The position numbers and the translations under genes are program-made. The notes beneath the pieces are model-generated. The model was not told the origin of the DNA. It was given only the letters and a program-made list of their open reading frames with translations, and did not search any database. Of a stretch of 64,000 bases of DNA, positions 1 through 12,450 are shown piece by piece. This DNA is from Lama glama (taxonomy: Eukaryota). Numbering within the stretch: the stretch's first letter is position 1; each line of letters begins with the position of its first letter. The stretch covers positions 7,690,001 through 7,754,000 of the forward strand of contig CM052832.1 of the NCBI GenBank assembly GCA_028534125.1, given 5' to 3'.

Positions 1-475
1 GTCTGTGAGGGCTGTGGCTGGGTGGGTTTCAGCAGCTCTGATTCTGGGGAGAGCATAGTGAGTTTGTATGCTGCTCCATCAGCCAAGGTCAACATGACAA
101 AGACTGCAGAGATCTTCAGTGGCCCAGACTGCGGAGGTCCTGCAAGTGGCAGTGGTATCCAGGGCTGCTGGGATCTTCCTTTTTTGCCTGTGGGAGGAAG
201 TTCTAGCCAAGGGGCTCCTTTTCAATGCCAGGTTTGGTGCATTGGTACTCAGATTGGCAGTGGAGCTGGGGTTCTGGGATCAGGCACATATGGAACTTCC
301 TGGATGGAGTGATGCAAAAGAAAAAAAATGCTTCCTATACTTTTTGATGTGGTCAGGCTTGGTTTTTAAGCTCCAGAAAGTTTCTGCTGCTTCTCTGTTG
401 GTATTCAGAACTATTTTTGTGGAAAAGACGAGTTTTGGGACCTTCTAGTCTACAATCTTGCTGATATCAGTCCCT
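1..475 (-). mobile_element. Degraded old L1 (L1M) 5'-region fragment, tentative
   Basis: GC-richer degenerate sequence ending in 'ggaccttctagtctacaatcttgctgatatcagtc', resembling the reverse complement of old L1M 5' ends; recognition from memory only. Confidence 0.4.
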
Positions 476-2675
476 AAAATTCTTATTTTACTTAAAGAAA
501 GCAGAAAAAAATCAGGAAATGTAGTGAGAATAAAACGTGGGTCTGAACTGAGGGGGTGGTTTTATGTATAATTAAAGCCTTACTGATTAGGCTAATGGAC
601 ACAAGTAACAAACACAATCATGTTCAATTTGGAACTGCAGGGTATGTTTTGTAGCATATTTATTTGTCTTTTGCTTAAGACAAATAATCGTTTGCTTTTT
701 AATATTACTTTGTATTTCTTACAACATGCAATTTATGATGAACCATAGAAAACAAGCCAGTTTGAGATTTTAATGTTTCCTTTAGCTTGTCCATTGTCCA
801 TATGCAGATTTTTTAAGTCATATTTTAAAAGTGCACACTTATGAGTTAATTTTCCCACCAATGCTCAGTGCATTAGGTAGAATCTGTGTCTGCTTATCCA
901 GATAGATTGAGAATCCAGTAACAGGTCATAATTTGAAGCTGAATAAAGGATGTCAAACATGAGAATCTAGCTTGATACCCAATTAAGGGAAAAAAACCTA
1001 AGAACTACAACTGGTCCTTTAAAAAAATCTTTAATAACTTTGAGAGATGCTACTGTCTGAGCTTTTCAACACAGTCACATGGGAGCAACTAGGGCTTGAG
1101 AACAGAGCTTTATTAAGTCACAAATAAAGCTTAAGTGGCCTATAGCAGGTAAGAGCTGGTTGGAGAGAAGTCTGATTGTGTCATTAATTTATACTGTTAA
1201 ATAGCTGGGCAAGTCCTGGCTTTTTCTGGTCAAGGTCTAGGTTTTACTAAGAGTATCTGTGAAGATGTAGAGCTGGGACTCGTTCATAGGCTCTGACAGT
1301 AGAGAGTGAGTGGGCTACGGAGTGTTTCATGAGAACGTGGCCTCTGGAGGGTCCTCACACCAAGCAATGTTTAAATTTAGTTTCAGCATTTGCAACACAA
1401 ATAGAGAGAAATTCACAGTTGACACAAAGATGAGTTGTCTTCATCCATCTTCCTTTCAAGTTGCTTACTCTGGAAAGGATGCCAAATCTGCGACGTTCCC
1501 ATAATTGCCCTACACAGACAACATACATCCTTTATACATCAAACGGAAAAAGTAGTGACTCAGCGTGGGGGACCCTTGGGGATTGATTTGCTGAAACTGC
1601 CCTTCACTAATTACACATGCTTGTTTGTTTGTCCTTTATTTTAGACGTAGAATACAAAGAACTTATTCCAGAAATCAGGGTCAGCTCTAAACTTTGGTTT
1701 TTCTCAGTAGACTTCGCTATTTGAGGGTCTGTGCTATTAAATAAGCCTGTAATCTTTTTAGTTGTTTGCAAATAATACTGATAAATTATCTGTGAAGGTG
1801 AACTGATCTTTGAAAAGTGACCTTTTCAATCCTAGAGAGAATCATTTCAGCTCACTCACCCTGGAAAGATTTAACTGGGTAATTCTCAGGGGGGCTCAGT
1901 CAAGTCTTCTCCTGAGCCAAGACTTCTTTTTCAAGCAAGGCTCACTTCAGCCATTTACCTTGAAAAGGAATCCAGCTTTACTCCCAGGTCCATTTATCTC
2001 CATGTAAACCATCCCTGTGCTTTAAATATTATGTTAAAGTTTGTCGCTGTGGTTGTAAAATGTGAAATATCAGAGCTAAGTATTACTGGGGCATGAGCCT
2101 CTCGGAGGCGGCCGGGGCTGTTTAAGGCCTGAGGCTCCCCGGCCTGTGGTTGTGGGAAGACACTCTATCCATCCCTGCAGGTTATTTGCGGCTCTCCAGG
2201 GACCTCACTCAGCACCGTGCTCCGGCACCGGCTCAGGAGGTGGAGTTGGGGTTTCCTAGCCCTTGCTGGAATGTCTGCTTCTAGCCGGCAGCGTCCTGTG
2301 CACGAGCTGTCCGGCAGGGAGGTCAAGCTCGCGGAGAAAGCCCTGAGGGAGGAAACGGGGAACGTGCCCCTGTTTTCTCATCCTTGACACGCTGAGCCGG
2401 AGTCAGCTGTGTAACAGCACGACCAGTGGATGACACTTAAGCCAGGGCTCCAAAGCCTGACACCACAGTAAATCCGACGTAAGCAGGTGATTTGGAGGGA
2501 AGGTTTTGAAGTTAATTGAATTTTATGCTTAACTGTTATTCAGGAAACCATTTTTCAGGAAACCATTTTTGTTTCACCTCATGTTGGTAGAAGCCTTTCG
2601 AAAAAGCTTGGGTCCAGTTTGTTTTTGTCTTGTTTGTTTTTTTTTTTTTAGTATATTTTAGCAATCATTTTTTCA

Positions 2676-3560
2676 ACATAGGCAAAACATTCTCTGACAT
2701 AAATCTTAGCAGTGTTCTCCTAGGGCAGTCTACCCAGGCAATAGAAATAGAATCAAAATAAACAAACAGGACCTAATTAAACTTATAAGCTTTTGCACAG
2801 CAAAGGAAACCATAAGCAAAACAAAACGACAGCCTACGGAATAAATGATGTGACTGACAGAGGTTTAATTTCCAGAATATATAAACAGCTCATACAACTT
2901 AATAACAACAAAAAAACCCAGTCCAAAAATGGACAGAAGACCTAAACAAGCAATTCTCCAATGAAGACATACAAATGGCCAATAGGCATATGAAAAAATG
3001 CTCAGTATCACTAGTTATCAGAGAAATGCAAATCAAANNNNNNNNNNNNNNNNNNNNNNNNNNNNNNNNNNNNNNNNNNNNNNNNNNNNNNNNNNNNNNN
3101 NNNNNNNNNNNNNNNNNNNNNNNNNNNNNNNNNNNNNCAGCCATAAAAATAATAAAATAATGCCATTTGCACAACATGGATGGACCTAGAGATCATCATA
3201 CTAAGTGAAGTAAGCCAGAAAGAGAAATAAAAATACCACATATCTTTTGAAAATTGTGAAATCTAAAAAAACAAAAAAACACAAATGAACTTATTTATAA
3301 AACAGACTCACAGACATAGAAAACAAGCTTATGGTTACCTGGGGGAAAAGGGTGGGAAGGGATAAATTGGGAGTTCAATATTTGCAGCTAACTACTATAC
3401 ATAAAATAGATAAATTAGATAAACAGCAAGTTTCCTCTATATAGTACAGAATATTGTATATTCAGTATCTTGTAGTAACCTATAATGAAAAGGAATATAT
3501 GTATGACTGAATTATTATGCTATATACCAGAAATTGACACAATATTGTAAACTATGTCAA
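2676..3560 (+). mobile_element. 5'-truncated camelid-type LINE-1 (ORF2 C-terminus and 3' UTR), interrupted by an N gap
   Basis: Encodes L1 ORF2 C-terminal motif [21 protein letters not shown]; highly similar to 36666-37050 of the L1 at 34.7-38.0 kb; typical 3' UTR ('gatcatcatactaagtgaagtaagccag', 'ccagaaattgacacaatattgtaaac'). Confidence 0.93.
3038..3137. other. Assembly gap (100 N)
   Basis: Run of N inside the L1. Confidence 1.
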
Positions 3561-6500
3561 TACAAAAATCAAAGTTTCTGCTGTATTTCCTACAATATGT
3601 CTATTGAAGGTAAATTCATTGAACTGAAAGTATACAGACTCCAGAAAAGCCCGCGTTCTTAGCCTAGAGGGAAAAAAATTCCCTAATGAGATTTTTGTCA
3701 TTTTCCCATTTTTCTGAAAACAGATTGTAGAAAAGCTCCAATTGAAGGTTATGATTGTTCCGAATTTAAATAATGAAAGCAATGGCAGTAGAAAGAGGAA
3801 GTTTATTCCTAAGTCCTGGATTTTAATTCTGCTTCACTATGGGTCTCATTGTGAAACTCAGGACACGTCACTGAGGTCCCGTGTGGCCCAGTTCCTCCAG
3901 CTCTGACACGCAGAATTGTATTTCTCGGGATAAAAAATCATGCCGTTTTACTTTCTTTACTGGAATATATCATATTATTGCAATTAGGATCCATTTTCCT
4001 TTACAGGAATATTTTTATCCCATCATGAATATCCATATATACATCTATGTATACATGAATGTATATAATTATGTAAAAATGAAGTTTTCTGTAACGTCTA
4101 ATGTACAGAGCTCCTTAGAGGTCACGGCATTGTTGGCGGGTGGGAGAAAGGCCTCTATTAGTGTCTGTCCCCACAGCTTTGTGCTGAGACTATAAATTAG
4201 GCCTAGGGAGCATTTAATGAGTCAGTAATTTATGGACTATTAGGGTACTTAGTTAGAAGTGATTCTTGAGCATGTTCAATAGAGAACACATGTTTATAAA
4301 GGACAAACAGATTCAGTACAATGTGTCTTCGGCCTAACCAAACACAATCAATTAACAGAGTGTGATGTCTTATTTTACATACATCTCCCACTCCCCCAAA
4401 ATAGAATCGCTAACCACTTGTTAACCATGCTGACTGACACAGTGGTGGCTCGAGCTTGGCCACCAGCAATGTACAGATCACGCACCCTCTTAGGTTGCAG
4501 CCAGCAGTCTACAAAACAGGAAGAAAGCTCTGCTTGCTTTTTTTGCCTCCTCTCCCGGTTTGATTTGATGGGATAATTCACTGCAGATTTCTTTTTCTTT
4601 GACAGAGTGCTTACCGCAGGAATGGGATGGCTTTCCTGGCCTGCTGATGTGACTGACTACAACAGGAAAGGCAGTGTTATGTTCAGGTGATTTCTGTTCC
4701 ACTCCTTGGACAAAATAAAATACAAGTGAAGTGGATTGGTTTGTTGTGACCATCAACTGGCTGACTCCAGCCCTTTTCCAGCCCCCTCAATGCTTAGTCT
4801 TGTTTACTAGATGGGCCACTTAGCTAATTAATGGCAGGATGTTTGGGATGGTGTGTAGGTGGACAAGAATGCACATCACACAATTCTGAAATTTTAATTT
4901 GGACGAGATGTACTGCCCTCAGCTCACATCTTAAAAGCAGTGTCTTTTTTTTTCTCTCAGTGTTTAGTCTATGTTTTGTTTGATGCATTTTGTAATCCAG
5001 ATTTGGGACAAAAAACAAAATTAAAAGAATGGTCGCTTTCCCCTGCACAATCCCACCAACTTTACTTTCCGACATCTGCTGCTGAGATCTACGTGATCTT
5101 AGAGACAAATGTCCATTTTATACACTCACACTAATCAGAGACCTAATTGGCCTGATGGACTGTCTGCTCACATCTTCCCTGCCCTTCACTCCACGCGTAG
5201 CGTCCGTGTTGTTTCCCTGCCTTCCTCCCAACCCCCTGCGCATCTGCCGTGTGTTTCTCTCAAGTAGACCTCTCTTCCCCATCTTCATTTCTCCCCTTCC
5301 CCTGTCCCTCCGATCCCAGGCCCACCCCCGACACACTCACCATGCCCATCTGAAAGCAAAACAATTAGAATCAGGAGGAGGGGAGCCCAGCGATCTGCTT
5401 TCTCGCCTCAACCCTGGTGTGCACCGGGCAGTTTCTTGCTGGTAGCGGCTGAATTACCCTCTGGGATCTCTACTTTCTCCGGTGAATGAGGAACTGTAAC
5501 TCTGGGAACCAAACCAAAATACAGCAGCTATACACAGTTCCTGATTCAACTTGAATTGAAAAAAAAAAAAAGTTATTTCTCTCATTCTTTAGTAGGAGTT
5601 TTGTGTAATTTTACTTTTATCATGGTTTTTACACACCCTGAAACAGCCTTTGTAAAGAATTAATATAAACAGAAATGAGAAGCATGAAAGATTTCCCTCC
5701 TGTGACCAGATCATTGTGAGGCTCAGTTAATGTGATTGCACTGTGTTGTTCACATTTGTTAACTATCATTTACCTGTTCTATGTTAGTCATTCTGGAAAA
5801 AATCTTCATGTCAAAAACAACAAAAAAATGCAAATACATAATATCAAAAAATTGCCAAAGGGTTTTGATGTTCCATCTGTGCTTGGTGAAATGTATGATT
5901 AAACTTTTCTTTTTATCATCATTCTTATTTTTCTTGGCGTCCCTAATCATGGAAAATTATAAGCTTGCAGTAAACATCCTAACTTTTAAAACGACAGCAT
6001 TTATTGTATTTGGTTTCGATGCCAGGCTTATAGATGTATAAAATTTTCAGGAGCTAATTTTTCACATCAAAATTCCTCCTCTCCCACATTATACATTTTA
6101 AAATATGCACAAGGCAGAAAATACAGGGTTTAGGTTTTTTCCCTTCATTTTATTCTACCTGATCTCCTTATAGTCCCAGAGAAGGAAGACTCAATGTACA
6201 TTTCTCTCAGAAATATGACAGGTCTGTGTTTTTGTTGGTCTGGCGTATGTTTGTCTATCTTGAACAGTCTGACAGGTAATTATTTATAAAATCTGGTTTT
6301 GCCCAGTAAGTTCATATAATAACCTTTCACTTTTCATCATAAGCCAGTGAGCTGAATTTAGAATAAAACAAGGTCATTTATCCGTCCCAAACCAGCCTAG
6401 ATGTCCCCATAATTGCTCAGTATTAATATTTGTAATTTTTTTTTCCTTTCTACACTTAGGTTCTTTCTTGACTTTTTGCACAACACAAATTTTAAGTGAA

Positions 6501-6624
6501 ATAAAATTTCCTTAAGCATTGAGTATAGGAAAACAGAAACAACATTTCTAGAAGGAAAGTTTCAGAAACTGTGATTTAAATAAGTTTTTCTCTGAAGATT
6601 AAAGTGTTATGTAGAATCTGAAAA

Positions 6625-6830
6625 TGTCAGAGCAGAAGATGGTCTAAAAGACCACTGAAAACAACCACTCGTTAAAAAAAAAAAAGAAAAGAAAAGAAGA
6701 AAACCACTCGTTTTACAACTGAAAAATGATGGCCTGGGGAGGAAAACTGACTCTTCCAAGGTCACTCAAGAATGGCGGTGACAGACCAGAGGCCGGATCC
6801 ACGGTCCCTCGTTCCCAGTCTGGTCCTGCA
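6625..6830 (-). mobile_element. MIR/MIR3 SINE fragment containing a poly(A)-only insertion
   Basis: MIR core reverse complement: 'ttttacaactgaaaaatgatggcctggggagg...gactcttccaaggtcac'. Confidence 0.65.
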
Positions 6831-7047
6831 CTCTCCCGCACTGTGTGCGAAAGACAGCACCAGGACACGTCAGGGCTTATGGCATGTTTATCTTAGACAA
6901 TAACCTACATTTTTTTAAATGATATTAATTATGGGCACATCCCGAAGCATAGGTGTTATGTTAAATCAAATCTTCAGAGGGACTGTGATGTTAATTAAAT
7001 AATCTGTAATATGTCGGTTATACATCGATTTAAACAAAGGGAGGAGG

Positions 7048-7142
7048 GAATTAATATACTTTGAGCACCTCCTTTGTGTCAGGAACCTCACCTTTGCTAT
7101 TTCATTTCTCTTCCCAGTGACTTCATGAGGTAGATGCTATAA
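7048..7142 (-). mobile_element. MIR SINE fragment
   Basis: 'ttgagcacctcctttgtgtcagg...tcatgaggtagatgctat' matches the reverse complement of the MIR 3' half. Confidence 0.6.
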
Positions 7143-8669
7143 AACAAAAATAAAAATCAGATTCAATTGTAAATCAAATCTGAAGACACAAAATAGTGTC
7201 TGTTTTGGTAGCCCTGTGTGTTTTAGAGATGGAATTTGAAAATAAATAAGTAAATAAGTAACTTCTCTTATGGGAAATTGACACTGCCTTGTAAATTTGA
7301 GGGTAAAGGAAATAGAAATATTTCTCCCTTCACCTGAATTTGGAAATGCAACTTTCCAAACATGCCATTTTGAGGCTATGTCATTAACCTTCCCGCCTTC
7401 ACATGTGATTCATAAATAATGTTCCAGTTTTAGAACCAAGAGTTGTTATTTAAAAACCATCAAAAGCACAGATATTTTTAATGGTGTATATAATTCCTGT
7501 ATCTGGGGAGAATTCTTCATTTATTACTGTTCTTTATTCCTATAAAATAACAAACAATCCACACGTAATGCCTTCACCATGTAGAAGACAAATAAACATA
7601 ACTGTGATTTGATTCTTGCTCTGAAATAAAACAAGTAAATCTAGAAATTATGAACTTCGATTTTATAGAAAAAAAAACTTTTATGTAGTTCCCACATCAG
7701 GTACTTCTGACAGTTCATATAACCCCTTGTATAAAACCGAGTCACTGCAGAGAAAGGACTCCCTCATCTGCCCTCCTGGAATTTAGAGAGAACCTTCCCA
7801 GGTTGCATTTAAAACTCTACCATCAACCATGTATATACATCTTATAAAATATTTTACAGTTTCCTGTATGCTCTGGCTGAACATTTCATAGTACATAAAC
7901 ACTTCTGCAAATAATATAAGGACATCGAGTGGGGTATGTCATAGCAGTGGCGGCCATGTAAAGCTGATTCCACAGCAAGTTACTGTCTCATTTTTATCTT
8001 ATTTGAAATCCAAGATGAAATTTTCTGTGCTCTTACTGTACACTTGGTGGGGGGCAGAGGGGGGAGGGGACCCTAGCAGTTTTAGTGGAGTTGTGTTCAT
8101 CAAAGCAAAGGCTTTCTGCAGAGGGCATCAAGCCAAGCTTAAACAACAAAACCATGCCTGCAGGAACTGGATGTAAATGTGATGGTTAAATAAGGGCCAG
8201 ATGCCTTTAAAAACTCAAATATTAAAAAGTCACATCTCTTAAAGTAAATTTCTAGTGTCATGACTAGGCTAGTGATATCATAGCACTTTAAAAATATATA
8301 ATAAAACAGAGACTTACATTTGTTTTCTGGAAGAAAATATCAAATACTCAGGCTGTCATCAGTCAAGGGAATTTTGGCAATCGAAGCATATTTTAAAACA
8401 ATCAATTCCTACAAACTCATGAGCAACCCACATACAATATTTCATTGTTGGAAACCACTGTGATTCTGTGTAAAGTATTACATTCATGCTCCCTTTTCTG
8501 CTCATCACCACCCAGCAGTCACTCTTCCCTTTTTTTTTCAAAGGAAGATAAAAATAGAACAAGATACAGGAAAAATCAAGCATCATGATTACTTAATTAA
8601 GTAACAATTTACTTGCTATCAAAAATGATGATATATTGTGTAAGCATTTTAATAATAAGTTTCACGTAA

Positions 8670-8900
8670 TAATTATAGGACGTGGTGTACCACCCTGTGT
8701 GCTAAGCACTTTGTGTGGTTATCTCATTAAATTCTCACAACCCCGCCAGGAGATACGCATTGTCATCGGCCCTGTTGCCTAGAGTTGGTTGAAAGGAAAT
8801 TTAAGGACAGAAGGTTTGGTGCCTTATGCCCAAGTGTCCAAGATGGAGCCAGCATTTCCCCAGCACACTGACCCCAGAGCTCACACTCTCAACTGCTGTC
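8670..8900 (-). mobile_element. MIR SINE
   Basis: 'gtgctaagcactttgtgtggttatctcattaaattctcacaacc...gcccaagtgtcc...gaccccagagctcacactctcaac'. Confidence 0.7.
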
Positions 8901-11077
8901 ACACAGCAAAGACTGTACTCAAGCGTTGTGATAACGTATTAAAGAGAACTGCTGCCCTGAACCTAGAAGCACTTCTTGGAACCTAAAAACGTGAGTACAA
9001 GAAAGTCTCATTTTAACTCAACATTCCTTCCATAAGGCCAAGTGTTACGTACATAATAGAATATCACATAATGTATAATAGAATATAATTACACAGAATG
9101 ACGCCAGGTCCTCTGTAACATCTGAAACCTGAAGGTAAATGCGCATGATCAGTGCACACACTAGGAACCCCTATACAGATCATGAGAGAAACGTCCTCAA
9201 AGATGCCTGTGCACAGGCCTCTCCTCTGTGGAGACTGGAGTTCTCCAGAAGGCTCTAATTACACGGGCTACTCTTTTACACTTCCCTACCAGCATAAAAT
9301 AAATCCCCATGCTGTGAAGGCAGCCCCATCTTGTTTGCACACGTTTGCAGTGGCAGGTACAGAAGGCAGCCCCTTGAGACTTCACACAAGCGCCCCGTTT
9401 AGACGTTTGCCCATTTACTATGATCTCGTCACTGTCTGCTCACACAGGTTTGTGTGCGCCTGGGGGCAGCAATGGACACATTGAACAAAGCGGGAAGTTG
9501 CTGAGCACAACCTGAATTAGAAATGATGGTTTTCCTCACTCATCAGTAGGTAGCAGCTCGTTAAATTCAACCCCGGGGTCTCTTCTGCCTCAGGACAAGT
9601 CACTTTCTGACTTACATTTAAGATCCCAACCAGCCGTGCCTCAGCCTAGGGACCGGTACACCTGCAGCTTTCTGTCTTTTCTGAATGGTGTCGGTTTACT
9701 CTTTCCATCCACTCCACTTGGGAGAAGTTAGTTCGCCTGCCAGTACACTGGCCACCTCTGTCACTCCTCCCAGACCTCTGTGAGCCAACCCGTCAAGCAG
9801 TCCCTAAGCCGCAGAGACTCCTGCACTGGCGGGTTGACTGGCCACACTCCCCAGGCTTGGCTGATGCGCCCAGGTGGGTGTGGGGAGTTGATGATTCACC
9901 TGCGGCCTCAGCAAGACCAGCATGGTGCAGCTCCCCAGGGCCCTGGTCCCACTGGAAGGTCCCAAACCCAGGGGGGGCCGCTGACAGAAGAGTGGTGGGT
10001 CACTGTGTCATGGGACACCCACTGCACACCACTAACAGGCAGCTTTATAGCTTGCATCCTTACCCAGGGAGGCAGATGACCCCACTCCCCCCAGGACTAG
10101 CAGTCTTGCCATGTCCCTTAAATGATGGCAGGTGAGGGTGGAACCTTGCCCACGTGGCCCGTGTGGAGACGCGCAAGGTCACATACACACCTTTCCCCTA
10201 CAGTGTGCAGTTATGTGCCTGTTAACCTGCCTCTCCCTAGGTTTTCAAGGTGGCCTCCTTTCATCTTCTTTCCCATAAGGCCTCCTTCCTGCCTCAGCGC
10301 ACAAGGCCTTCTGCGTCCTCGGGACTTTTTAAGCCCCTGTTGGTCTCTCTACTTCCTATTTTCTGTCCCTAATCATCTCTGTGTGCGTTGTAGCCTGCCC
10401 CAGATTAACAATTTCTCGAGGACAAATCTTGAATCTAGACTTTTTTTGTCATCACCACATGTACATATTAGATATTCAATAAACATTTGTTGGTTGATAG
10501 AAATTATTCATTTAGGCATGAACACAAGATTTTTTTTTTGATTAGGTTTTTGTTTAATTGCTTATTGATGCTTGTGTTACTTAACTTGGCTGCAAATCTC
10601 AACTATATATGATCACAGGCTTTTTCTTTAAGACAATACAGTGTTTCAGAGAAACCCAGTTCAAAGCAGCCCAGGCATCAGCTGTCTTGTGGCCTTTGTG
10701 AGTAGGTCACTCTGACTTCAGTCTTGGTGGAAGGGGTCAACGACCTCAGAAAGGGAGAGAACCTCAGTCACAGCTGTGTGTTACTAGAGACCTAAGAACC
10801 TTTGTGTCCTCCTTGAATCCACACCAGCTTGAAACAGTGTTACTGTGTTTGTTTATAGCACCGTTTTTTAAAACAATGCTGGCTCCCCCACCAGTTTACT
10901 GTAAAGACAATGAGCTATTTTAGGATGAGATTTCCCTAAAGCTAATAAAAATAGCATGTTCACTGAACCGAAAGCAAATATGAAGATCTAATTAGACTGA
11001 AAATGAGATTTTCTAAGCTGGAAGCAACAGTTTATCACCCAGCAGTAGCTTGCAATTAAAATGCCTGCTTTCTCTCT

Positions 11078-11175
11078 GTTCATTCATTCATTCAAAAAAT
11101 TTTTTTAGCACCTGTGAAAGCCAAGCACTCAATACAGAGTCTCCAGTTCCTGGTGAGTCAAGGATCCGTGGGGAA
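11078..11175 (-). mobile_element. L2 3' end fragment
   Basis: 'cattcattcattcaaaaaatttttttagcacc' is the reverse complement of the L2 tail. Confidence 0.55.
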
Positions 11176-12149
11176 CCATGGGATTCCTAAAAGGGACTCA
11201 AGAGGCCACGTAGATTAAATTATCTATAGATTAAATGTTTTGCCCATTTAGGTTGCCACTCTGCTTTAAATATTTATGTGTGTGCCATTGTGACTTATAT
11301 AAATTCATTTAAAAGGGATATTGAAATCCTGGTAGCTGTCTGCCATTACATATTTTTTTCATTTAAGAGGTAGCCAAAGTACAAGCTATAGAATGCATGG
11401 GTCAGCGAATTCATTTATGTTAAAAAGTGATTCTCAAGCTCAAAAAAAAAACCCAGAAAAAAACCTATTGCTTTCTGTGCTTTCCAGTAACCGTGTTGTC
11501 TGCACAGTTCTTTGGAAGGCAATTTACTCACCACTAAAGGTTTTAAGCTTTTTGAGCTCAGATTTAAAGTTTTTTTTTTCTTTTGACATAAAGTATCACC
11601 TGAACTTTTTTCATATGTCGTATTTTGGGGAAAATTTATGATCTTTTTAACATTAGGAAGTTTTGCTTTTCCTGACATTTTATTGCTTTGCGTATTTGAA
11701 ACATTTCAATCCCAGACAATAAATATTATGTGATTATTGTTTTCATATGGATAGGCTATTTCCTCCTGTTTTTTCTAACCTCCTTTCCCAGCTGATCCTC
11801 AAAAATTTATTAATATTAAACTGTGCCATTCAGGTTTTCCAAAATCATGTGTAATGAAAACTGAAAGAGGGACAGGCTTGAGAGAGGACGGGTAGTCGTA
11901 GTTAAAAATAAACTGAGGTGTGTGGTTTTCTTTCAGTTGGGTTTCTAATGTTTCTTGTTCAGCTGAAAATGAAGATTATACTTATTCCGTAAATCATTTT
12001 TATAAACTGTCATAACCAGTTTTCACAGTAAATGGTATCTTTTCATATCATTATTATGGAAGCTAAATGGGTCTCAACAAAGCGGCTGGATGTTGGCTGA
12101 GCACACCCTGAGAACCCAGCAGTACAAGCCCCCACCTTTAAAAGCCACG

Positions 12150-12450
12150 CTCACGGCTCCCTCGCCGTCAAGGCTTTTCTCAAATAACCTCTTCTCTAAC
12201 TGCCTCTTAAATACTGAAACCCCAGTCTCTGCCTTACATACCATACTCCCCTTCCTTTTTCCTTTTTTCACTCTAACACTTATGTACCATCTCATTTATT
12301 TATTTTGTTTGTCTCCTCTCCCTAGGAGTAGACAGTCTGAGATTAAGGATTACGGTCTGTTTTGTCCACTGTCGTGTCCCCGGCACTGAGAGCAGGGCCC
12401 GACGCTAACTAGCGCACGATGGTCACCGTTTTCCCACATGACTGAATGGC
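12150..12450 (+). mobile_element. L2 3' fragment
   Basis: 'tttgtttgtctcctctccc...agacagtctgag...ctgttttgtccactgtcgtgtccccggcac' is typical L2 3' sequence. Confidence 0.6.

Noticed and set aside
2541..2570. 15-bp tandem duplication caggaaaccattttt (similar short duplication at 24654-24691)
   Set aside because: Ordinary replication-slippage microduplication.
4669..4692. 'aggcagtgttatgttcaggtgatt' resembles the miR-34/miR-449 mature sequence
   Set aside because: Only the 5' seed region matches, and I see no complementary star arm forming a pre-miRNA hairpin.
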